A stretch of DNA of 64,000 nt from contig CM060731.1 in assembly GCA_030704615.1 (NCBI GenBank), forward strand, positions 22,940,001 to 23,004,000. Reading direction: 5' to 3'. This stretch comes from Takakia lepidozioides (lineage: Eukaryota > Plantae > Bryophyta). Shown one piece after another: positions 26,041 through 36,233 of this stretch (position 1 is its first letter; every line of letters begins with the position of its first letter). The notes below the pieces were generated by a model. That model ran no database searches, had not been told where the DNA came from, and saw nothing but the letters and a program-made list of their open reading frames with translations. Made by a program: the position numbers and the translations under genes.

Positions 26041-27194
26041 TTTTTATTGTGTCATTGGAATGAATTGGTATATCAGATTACGATCAATATTATACATGTC
26101 ATATTTAATGTATACATATGGATATATACACATTATACAATATACAAATATGAACTCCTATATCAGATTGGACTGGTTTCAGCACTGGTTTTCACAAAAA
26201 AATAAAATAAAAAATGTATAGGGATTCGAACCCTTTTAGCTATCCATTATAGCATACAAAATTATGGCCCAAAGGCCTTAAAGATTAACCATAAAGGTTT
26301 AAAAAAATTGGAGACTTTGAAATATAATATGATAAACAATTTGATTGAATGGATTTTGAATTTATTGAAATGATGAAATCTGAGATTAAAAACATGATAT
26401 AATATAGTATTGTACATTATATATATTTGATTTATTTTAAAGTATTTAATACCTATTTGTATTATTATATATCTATTTTTAATTATTATTTCTTAACATA
26501 AATAGTATATTTGAAAGATTTGAAGTATTTGAGATGTAATATGATAGATAACTTGATTAGATTTAAATTGGAATGATGAATCTGACATTGAAAGCATGAT
26601 ATAAAGTGATAATATATTTATTTTTATAATATAGAATATACATCATTATATTTAAATATATATTAATTTTGGTTCTTTTAAATAAATATTTTAGTATGTT
26701 CATTTATATAAATAATATAAATAATTAATATTTGAAATTTATAAATTTATAAATATAATGATAAGATATAAAGTGATATGAATAAATAATTATGTAGTAA
26801 GTAAAAATAACACATGATTGTAACTGATAATGATTGATTTATGATAATTGACTGGTTGATGGAATGATAGTTGATTTGTGTAGTGTCGTTAGATTATAGC
26901 TACATTTTAAAATACATTTAATATTTTAAAATTTTATTTTATATAATTTTTTTCATATACTTATTTATACTATATTTATAATTCTGATTATAATTAAATA
27001 TTTATAATCTCTAAGTTGTATATACTATATTGATATCATGCTTGAATATCATATACACTATAGATTTTGATGTAACATTCAAAGTGGCAGAATCACAGTG
27101 TAATGAATTTTGATAATTTCTTGGAAATATAAAATAGTTTTTTTGGTAGTTATCTGATAGTGTGTCAAATATGTTAGAAGAAAACAAAACAAAA

Positions 27195-28300
27195 CAAAAC
27201 AAAAGAGAAAGAAAGAAGAGAAAGTTTTATTCCGTTGAGCAACTCAGACAGAAGTACAAAGAACAGAGATAAAAAAGAAATATAAACAAAGACAGAAAGT
27301 GAAAGAAAAAAACAAATGAAGGCTAGTCAGAAGAACTAGGAGACATTTCTATTTTGCCACAGAACCGAAAGAACAAAAAAACATAAACAAATAATAGAAG
27401 CAAAGAAAGACAAACGAAGAGGAAAGAAACAAAACGAAAGAGAAAGAAAGAATGGAAAGTTCTATTTTTGCTATACAATTCACACAGAAATACAAAGAAT
27501 AGAGATTGGAAAGAAACATAAACAAAGAACAGAAAGCGAATGAAAAAAACAAATGAAGGCTACTCAAAACTAAAACTAGGAGACATTTCATTTTGCCACA
27601 AAACCAAAAGAACAAAGCAACATAAACAAACAACAAAAGCAAAGAAGAAACACAAACAAAGAGGAAAGAAAAGAAAACGAAAGAGAAAGAACGAATAGAA
27701 AGTTCTATTCCGCTGAACAACTCACACAGAATTGCAAAGAACAGAGATCAGAAAGAAACATAAACAAAGAACAAGGCTACCGATAAGAACTAAGAGACAG
27801 TTCTATTTTGCCACAGAACCAAAAGAACAAAGACACATAAACAAACAACAGAAGCAAAGAAGAAACACCAACGATGGCAGAGGAGCAGAACTGAGAGACA
27901 ATTCTATTATATGCAAAAAGCTTGCTTGCAGAAGAAAGTGAAGGAAATGATCATCGTTCTGCATACTTATAGAGTTTTCAAAGGAAAAAAAGACAACAGA
28001 ATGAAAGAGAAAAAAGAAGAGAAAGTTTTATTCTATCGAAAAACTCACACAGAAAGACAAATAATAGAGATTAGAAAGAAACATAAACAGAGAACCAAAA
28101 GTGAAGAACAAAGACAAATGAAACTACTGAAAAGAACTAACCGAAAGGACAGAGAAACATAAACAAGCAACACAAACAAAGAAGAAACATAGAAACGAAG
28201 GTGAAAGAGCAAAATCGAGACCAGTTCTATTGTCTGCAAGCAACTTGCGGAAGAAAGAGAAGAAAATGGTCCTCGTTTTCTATACTTATAGGGAAAAAAT
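27195..28300 (+). repeat. Purine/A-rich tandem repeat, ~240-bp unit, 3-4 diverged copies
   Basis: GAAAGTT(T/C)TATT...CTCA(C/G)ACAGAA...CAAATGAAGGCTA...ATTTTGCCACA recurs near 27201, 27437, 27680 and 28005. Confidence 0.85.
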
Positions 28301-28574
28301 TGAGGTACAGTCTAAAAAGAATGAATGAAAAATAAAATAATTGGATGAAAACAGAATTAAAAAATGCTTATTAACCTTATTCCACACACTTTTTGAATAG
28401 GTACTAACTCACGAAGGTTTATTTGAAAAAGGATGTCGGTGCATATGAACGTTTATCGAAGACAAAATCATGTTTTAATTGTAATAAATGGTGTCACCTA
28501 CAAATTTTGTCGGTACATACCAATAAATAATACATGTGTTTCTTAAAGTTGATATATTTATTATAATATAATAT

Positions 28575-30270
28575 TTTATTTTCCCCTTAGGATTCTTTAG
28601 GGCCGCCCTAAGGAGTCCTAATGGCAATTATATTAAAAAAAGATACATCTTTCTATTTTCCCCCTCTTAGGAGCGTATTATAAATAATAATTTATGTCAT
28701 TCTATTTTCCCACCCTTAGGACTCTTTAGGGGTGCCCTAAAGAGTCCTAAGGGCAATTATAAATAATAATTTACATCTTTCAATTTTCCCCTCCTTAGGA
28801 TTCCTTAGGACGGCCCTAAGGAGTCATAAGGACAATTATAGATAATAATTTATATGTTTCTATTTTACCCCTCTTATAACCCTTTAGGTTGCCGAAACAG
28901 GTCTTAAGGGCGATTATTTATGTCTTTCCATTTTTTTCCTCTTAGGACTGTTCTAAGAAGTCCTAAGGGTAATTATAAATAATAATTTATATGTTTTTAC
29001 TTTTCCCCCTCTTAGGACTCTTTAGGGCGGCTTAAAGGAGTCCTAAGGACAATTATAAATAATAATTTATATATTTTCATTTTCCCTCTCTTAGGACTCC
29101 TTAGGACCGCCCTAAGGAATCCTAAGGGCAATTATAAATAATAATTTACATCTTTCAATTTTCCCCTTCTTAGGACTCCTTAGGGCGGGGCAATTATAGA
29201 TAATAATTTATATGTTTCTATTTTCCTCCTCTTATAACCTCTTAGGTTGCCTAAACGGGTCTTAAGGACAATTATTTATGTCTTTCCATTTTTCTCATCT
29301 TAGGACTCCTTAGGACTGTCCTATGAAGCCCTAAAGGTAATTATAAATAATAATTTATACGTTTTTATTTTTCCCTCTCTTAGGAATCCTTAGGGCCGTC
29401 CTGAGGAGTCCTAAGGGCAATTATAAATAATAATTTATACGTTTCTATTTTCCCCCTCTTATAACCCCTTAGGCTGCCTAAACAGGTCTTAAGGGCAATT
29501 ATTTATGTGTTTCCTTTTTTCTCCTCTTATGACTCCTTAGGACTGTCCTAAGAATCCATTATAAATAATAGTTTATATGTTTTCATTTTTCCCTCTCTTA
29601 GGACTCTTTACGGCCGTCCTAAGGATTCATAACGGCAATTTTAATAATAATTTATATATTTCCATTTTCCCCTCTTAGGACTCCTTAGGACTTAGGGAAG
29701 TCCTAAGGAGTCCTAAGGGCAATTATAGATAATAATTATATGTTCCATTTCCCCCCTCTTATAACTCTTTAGGTTGCCTAAACAGGTCTTAAGGACAATT
29801 ATTTATGGCTTTCCATTTTTGTCTCTTAAGACTCCTTAGGAAAGTCCTAAGGGTGATTATAAATAATAATGTATATGTTTTTATTTTCTTATAATTTATA
29901 TATTTTCATTTCCCCCCTCTTAGGACTCCTTCTAAGGAGTCCTAAGGGCAATATAGATAATAATTTATATGTTTCCATTATCCCCCTCTTATAACCCATT
30001 AGGCTGGTCTTAAGGGCAAATATTTATGTCTTTCCCAATTTTTTCCTCTTAGGACTCTTTAGGACTGTCCTAAGAAGTCCTAAGGGTAATTATAAATAAT
30101 AATATATATGTTTTCATCTCCCCCCTCTTAGGACTATTAGGGCCGCCCTAAACAGTCCTAAGGGCAATTATAAATAATAATTTACATATTTCCATTTTGC
30201 CCCCTTTATGACTCTTAGGGCAATCCTAAGGAGTCCTAAGGGGAGTTATAAATAATATCTTACTATTTTT
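28575..30270 (-). repeat. Tandem array B of ~77-bp palindromic units (CTTAGGACTCCTTAGG...CCTAAGGAGTCCTAAG), inverted homolog of array A
   Basis: More than 20 units with a higher-order pattern (an ATAACC/AACAGGTC variant every 3-4 units). The reverse complement aligns by eye to the array A unit. Confidence 0.9.
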
Positions 30271-30293
30271 CTATTTTTAACATAGGTACTAAC

Positions 30294-30965
30294 CAGTGTT
30301 GGGCGGTTATTTATATATTTTTGCTAACAGGCTGTTGCGGTTACATTGGAACTCAATATTGAAAGAACCTTGTAGGCCGGTTACTTCAATTATTGACTTT
30401 CTAATAACCTGCTGGTTGTGGTTAAGAGTGACATGTTTTTTTGGCCAGGTATCCATAAATCCGGTTATCATTTTCGCTATAACCGAGGGTTATACAACCG
30501 GTTATGCATATTAATTAATTTATTTTAAAAAAAAGGAATTATAGTTGAAACTTCTATCAATCATAAATATGTTTTCAAGCCTGCATCAGTACAATGGAGC
30601 TGGCATGTAGATTGACGCATGCAGCTGGAATTACTAAGTAAATTGGGCTCATCAATGGGGATTTCAAAAAATGTCCCATCATAATGTTTCAATGTGCTTC
30701 AATATATGAAGCCTTGGCAATCTCATTCATGAATCTAGCCAAGGACTCACACCTCATAACCGCCGCTCATAGCCTTAGGTTATTAGACCCAATATATATA
30801 TTCATAACCGTCCACTTAAAAACACCCAACCGGTTGTCTACATCAATTTTTAAAGTTTTGGCCTCCGCCGGTTACTATTGGGACCAGTTACTTGTATGCC
30901 TACAGTATGCCGGTTTCTTGCGGGACCGGTTATTTAAATTTTTCTCTCCTGCGGTTGTATAAAAG
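30294..30965. mobile_element. Orphan hAT-type left end
   Basis: CAGTGTTGGGCGGTTAT followed by CGGTTA/TAACCG subterminal motifs. No TSD-matched partner. Confidence 0.55.
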
Positions 30966-31908
30966 TTAAATTTTAAATAATGTTTTATTATTTTTAATAG
31001 TAAATATGTGTTGATCTAATTCATACAGTAATATAACTTTTAATGATTCTAATGAGTTTAGGTTATGACTAAAAAGATGAATACTAAAAATAACTAAAAA
31101 AATAATTAAAATATAAAGATAAACTATTAAATCTTTTATTGCTATATGCAACTCGTTCTTCCACTTAAGTCTAGAAGTGGTATGACATTCTTCTATCTTT
31201 ATTTTTCTTAGCACATGTAGGGTGTCTTATGTGGTTGCAATCAGTCTAAAGGACGAGCTAACTTTTGGGAGTTTCCCAAAAAGTGGGCCATACCCTCCAT
31301 TGCTGAGCTGTAACTTCTTATCCCCTTACATCCACCTGGATGAACCATTCCATTTCATCCCTACCTACTACATGAAGGTCCTCAAAAAATTGTAGCACTT
31401 TTGACCATTCCATTTAGTAGATTATAACAAAAGAAAATTGGCCAAGTTGGAACCACGAACAAAAAAAAAGAGGAAAATTTGCTTTGACCATGCAAGTTTG
31501 GTGATTTTACGTTTTTTCTTGAAGAAATGACCTCCAGATTCCGGATAAGGGGCAACCAACACGTCATCTCTGTCGTGCGCATACATATCGCTACACAACT
31601 ACATCCATGTCCAAAACCACACAATACATATGCACGCCACACACTAGTATATCACTAGTCCACCACTAGTCCAACCACTAGGCTACAACTAGTCAGTTAC
31701 TAGGCTGCCATTATGCTGCCCACTATGGCAGTCACTAGTCCACACAACGATAAAGAAGAAGAATACAAGCACAAGCTCATGCGAGCTCACAAAGCTGAAG
31801 CATAAACTCATGCATATATAACCTCATCACTCAAATACAAGTCAAGCCAAGTGCATCCCACGCCATGGGGAATCCACACTACGGCGCCATAGCTAGGCGC
31901 GGTGAGGC

Positions 31909-32951
31909 TCAACTCGAGAAAGATGAGCCTCCCGCGCTTGCCGTGAAGATAACCACTCCAGTGCCTAAATCTGCATTGACCCCTGGATTGACACTTGCGC
32001 CAATCCCATTCATGACCAGGGTACTAGTCAGGTGAAAAAGCTGTGCACCGGAGCTGTCAAGAAGTATGAATCTGTCTGTGTTGTGAAGATTAGTTTTTAT
32101 GGAGATTGGGGTTTGGGGGGTGAGGTTACCAAGGCCAAGGATAGAGGAGAGGTCATGGAAGGAAGAAGGGTAGGGAATGGATGGTAGAATTTTCCACTTT
32201 TTACCTTTGAATGGCCCGGGGGAGATATCCTTGTGTAGGCACAGAATAGAACATCTGTTGGTCAGAGCTGGGTTGAGAGCAAAAATAAGAATAGGAATTG
32301 ATTGATGTGGAGGGTTAGGACTTACAAAAACAAAGGGAGGAGAGATTGGAGCAGGTGTCGGAGAAGGCAGCTGAGTCTGCAAGGAGGGGGGGGGGGCTCG
32401 AAGGGAGGCTGGGACGAGGTCGGAGGTTGCGACAAGAACTACGACAACTGCAGGTCGGAGGAGCTGGATGTTGAGAGGGAGCCAAAAGGGTCGTATGTCG
32501 GATTGACGAAGTCAGCCATGCGCTGCCTTTCTATTTCTTCATTCTCCTCATGCCTCTTTGTTTCAAGGATAGCGTGTAGCACCGTAAAGACATTGTGCAA
32601 GTTGTCGTAGGATCTGGTTAACGTCTTGCTGGGGATGTAAGATTCTTTGAAGTGGTCCAGTTCCGCCCAGACACCCGGCGTGGTGCCACTGGTGTTGAGG
32701 AGTTCAGCTTCATCCATGAGAGCAAGGATATTGGTGTTGGGGGTAAGGTGTGGACGCAAACCTGGGAAGGATTCAGTGTACGAACCCCAAGAGACTGCTG
32801 AGTGGGAGAGGAGAGAGAAGAGTGGAAAATTGGAGAGAAAGAAAGCTTGAATCTTGGCGCATAGAGTGGGAATGGGACTGCTGTCCATTGGGCTCTTGGA
32901 CAAAAAGGTGTGAATGTCCTTAATGGAAATCCAGATGGATTCAAAATTCAT
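31909..32951 (-). CDS. Unassigned ORF(s) directly downstream of the gag-like ORF1 (32951-32439 and 32382-31909)
   Basis: ATG follows the ORF1 stop after 1 nt (TAAcATG). The second segment starts after a stop and a poly-C run. No APE or RT motifs. Confidence 0.4.
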
Positions 32952-32952
32952 G

Positions 32953-34626
32953 TTATCCCTGGCCGTAACCAGGAAAGCAGGGGTCGGTTTTCTTCTGAAA
33001 ATCATGGGGGTGAGACAAGTTGCCACCGGGTCCTTCTTGGAACTGAGAAGTGCGCATCTTTTTAGAGCTAGGTTGGGGAAGGATCCAAGCTTGCCACAAA
33101 ATGCTGCAATTTCTGGGTTGTGCGCCACAGGGGAGGAGCGGGGAGAGGGAGTGGGTTTCCGTTCCACAGAATGTTGGGGCAGACCTTCCCCTTGTTTTTT
33201 GCAGCTTCCATCTCCCATTTATTATGTCTGGAATTGGGAGAGGGGCTGTTGCCGGTTGTGCCTTGACGATTCTTGTTGAAGACGAGCTTTGGATGCTCGT
33301 GGCCTCACGCTCCCAGCTAATTAGTACCTTGCCTGTTTGCAAATTGACTGCAGGACCATAGACAGCTTCCAGGATCATTGGGTCGAATGTCTCCTTCCTT
33401 CTCTTGGCGGGTGGGGATGGAGAGACCTGTTTGACGTCCAAGACCCAATCTTTGCTGTATAAGTCCTGCTTTGGTAGAGGGTTGGTATTCTCCTGGGGGC
33501 GTGTGTTGAAGTGTAGGACCTCTGGGTGGAGGTCTGGAATAGGAGCAGAATTTTGCATAAGGGAAGACTGCCCATGCATTGCTTGATTAATGCCCATTCT
33601 TTTCCTTTTGGCCTTTGGGCAAGATGCCTTGAGGTGACCAGACTGCCCACAATAATAACAAGCCGAAGAGGCAGTGTCTTCAGATACTTTGACAGAAAAG
33701 AAGTTGCCTTGATCGTCAATTGGCAGGTTAATGAATTCTGGCAGGATCTTGTCATTAGGCATAACCACCACAATTTTGGCAAAACCATCTTCATGAGCTC
33801 TTGATGCAATAGTAGTTCTCCTCCAAGCTGGATTTTCCTTCAAAGAAGCAGTGCACATATTGGGGTCAAAGACCGCCAGACATCCCAAATATGCTCCAAA
33901 CAAGTTGCCAATCTCTGGAAGTGAGAACAGATATTGATCTGGGATGTAGGGGAGCGTGATGATCTGAGGGCTCCAAATTTTGCCATTTTTGTTACCCATA
34001 TTCTTGGACCAAGGGAAGATGTTGCCGTTGTGCCCATGCAGATGAGGATTGAATCCGAGGGCTTTGTCAGCAGCTTCCTTAGGGTCAAATAAGATGGAGA
34101 AGAATCCCCTACCCCTCGGATGGTAGAAATGATGCCTAAGGTCTCCCGTCCCACCAAGATGCCGAATGGCCCAATCTCGTGCTTGGGATCTGCGCACTTT
34201 TTTGCCAGGGAAGTGAAGTAGTACTCCCTTGCTTTCAATGTGTGCCACATTGGAATTCACTTGCTGAAGCTCAATGGGAACGTGTGGGTTGTCCTTACCC
34301 ATAGCCAGCTGCATCACCTCCAGGTCGAATGATGGCCCTTCAAAAGGATCAGATGGCGGGCTGGCTGGGGGCGAAATTGAAGAGCTTGACGTTCCTATGA
34401 TCGTGAGTCCTGTGTGTTGGGGTCCGGAGCTTCCTCCTGCTAGACCTGGCATAGTAGACCTGGAGTGGCCTACAGTACACCTCGATGTGAGGCCCAAAGA
34501 GTGAGATTGGTGTGCTAAGAAGAAGCCAGTCCCAGTAGAGGGGTGGAGATGACTTGGATCGTAAAATCTGGGTGGACCCGATCTAGTGGGAGCAAACTTG
34601 AGGGATTTGTGGAGAAGGGGAGCCAT
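32953..34626 (-). CDS. LINE ORF1/gag-like protein (DUF4283-like RRM region + CCHC zinc knuckle), 557 aa, intact
   Basis: GRGFFSILF, NIFPWS, LPEIGNLFG and CYYCGQSGHLKASCPK, the typical order in plant L1 ORF1. Confidence 0.8.
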   Translation of the reverse strand: MAPLLHKSLKFAPTRSGPPRFYDPSHLHPSTGTGFFLAHQSHSLGLTSRCTVGHSRSTMPGLAGGSSGPQHTGLTIIGTSSSSISPPASPPSDPFEGPSFDLEVMQLAMGKDNPHVPIELQQVNSNVAHIESKGVLLHFPGKKVRRSQARDWAIRHLGGTGDLRHHFYHPRGRGFFSILFDPKEAADKALGFNPHLHGHNGNIFPWSKNMGNKNGKIWSPQIITLPYIPDQYLFSLPEIGNLFGAYLGCLAVFDPNMCTASLKENPAWRRTTIASRAHEDGFAKIVVVMPNDKILPEFINLPIDDQGNFFSVKVSEDTASSACYYCGQSGHLKASCPKAKRKRMGINQAMHGQSSLMQNSAPIPDLHPEVLHFNTRPQENTNPLPKQDLYSKDWVLDVKQVSPSPPAKRRKETFDPMILEAVYGPAVNLQTGKVLISWEREATSIQSSSSTRIVKAQPATAPLPIPDIINGRWKLQKTRGRSAPTFCGTETHSLSPLLPCGAQPRNCSILWQAWILPQPSSKKMRTSQFQEGPGGNLSHPHDFQKKTDPCFPGYGQG

Positions 34627-36233
34627 GGGTAGTCTGAGCAGACTGAAGGAGAGAAACCACGAACACGATCAAGGCGAGCAACAAAAGGGAGGGAGCGAAG
34701 AGACACGCTGGTGAGAGAGAGATCCTCAAACATCAAAGTCGTAAGCGGGGAGCAGCTGGAGCTCGACGGCGACCTTCGAGGCTGCAGTGGGAGGTCGGGG
34801 GTGGCTTTAGTGATAGTGACGGCTAATAGTTAATAGGGCCAGAGTTTGCCAGCGGTCATAACATAGATGGCAGGAGGAGGGAGCTGATTGGCTGGAGCTT
34901 GTTGAAAAAGGAAAAGGGGAGATGATGTTGGATTATGGCGGCTGATCATTAAGGGGAAGGGATTGGAGCATAAATTCAGCCCAGGTGAGCAAGCATCTTG
35001 GAGGATGAATAAGGTGAGATTCGTCAGACAACTGTTGAAGGCCAAGCGTCTTAGAGAGACAGGGTGATGGTTTATGATGGCACATAATGATGCACGAGGT
35101 ACGGGCCGAGAGGTCTAGGACTTGGCGATGAACCCAGTTATGATGAGGAGATCCCGAAAGTCCCGAGCCTTTGGCTTGAAAGCTAGGGGAGTATGCACTT
35201 CGTTTCCCTTGAAACGAACAGTGAAGAGCCGAGTACGCACGCAGAGTAACCTTGCTGCGGGACGATGGAGCCGTTGGCTTCTCTCACCGCAAACCACGGA
35301 GCACTCCATCGCCTTCTTTCTTTTCCAGATTTCAAAAGCGAAATCAACTGAAATCATACATATTAATGATTTAGTGGTTATTTTTATTTTTGTTTTATTA
35401 TTATTTATACCCGGGTTGATAACCGGCTGGGAATACCCATCCATTGATGCCCGTCCACAAATTGAAAATCATACTACTATTGAGAACCGGCGGGTATTAA
35501 AAAGAAGGGAATCTTTAACCGGCTGGTATTGCAAAATAATTTCTTTTCAATACCCGGACCCGGCTGGTATTAGAAAAAGTAATACCCGCCCAACACTGGT
35601 TGAAACCCAAACAGAGGTGTAGGCCCTTCAAGCTTTTGAGCAGAAAGAGAAGCCTCGGTTTGAAAGAGAAAGAGAGTTCAAATCGTTCACCCTCATACAC
35701 GACCTTGCAGATTATTCTGAGGTACACAATCCCCACTGCACATCTGAAGGGCAAGGCACAGTTGTCGTGCCATCTGTTTCGTAGTGCAAATTGAGCTCTG
35801 TGGTAACAAGGATGCAGCAAGCATGTTTCCCTCTTCCAGCCAAACAGTAGCAGTCTCCACCCCTGCATGCCTGAGAGCTAATTCTGCTCAAGCAAACAAA
35901 TAATCTTGCTCTCTGCTTCAGGATCAATCTTCATATGAAAATCCAAGAGTGTAGAGGAATGAATGCAGAAGTGCAGGTCAATTTGCTGTTGAATGCAAAG
36001 CACACAAATAAGCCTCATTTTGAAAGAGAAAAGACATTTCAAGTCGTCTGCCCATAATTACAGGACAATCTGTACTTCATTACAGCACTTGTTGTGAAGT
36101 GCAAAGCCTACTTACTAAAAGATTGGGATGTGTTCACTGGACACAGCCTCCGCCTACAGTGGAGGGAACAACGAACAGGTTGATCAGTGTACAAGCTTGG
36201 CATCGACAACGAACCAAATAGGCTACAGTGAGA

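Larger units (their letters stand above)
23574..35598. mobile_element. Composite non-autonomous hAT-type DNA transposon (~12 kb) with nested cargo
   Basis: 8-bp direct repeat GTTGAAAC at 23566-23573 and 35599-35606. Right TIR ACCCGCCCAACACTG, degenerate left TIR CGATGTTGGACTGGT. TAACCG...GGCTGGTATT subterminal repeats at both ends. No transposase ORF seen. Confidence 0.8.

Noticed and set aside
27349-28239. Phe-rich membrane-like and Lys-rich ORFs
   Set aside because: Compositional artefacts of the purine-rich tandem repeat.
28575-30270. CRISPR-like appearance of palindromic repeats
   Set aside because: The intervening sequences are themselves repeated rather than unique spacers, there are no cas genes, and the context is eukaryotic.
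28397-30293. 12-bp direct repeat ATAGGTACTAAC as TSD around array B
   Set aside because: No matching terminal repeats inside it and the background is AT-rich, so it cannot be supported.
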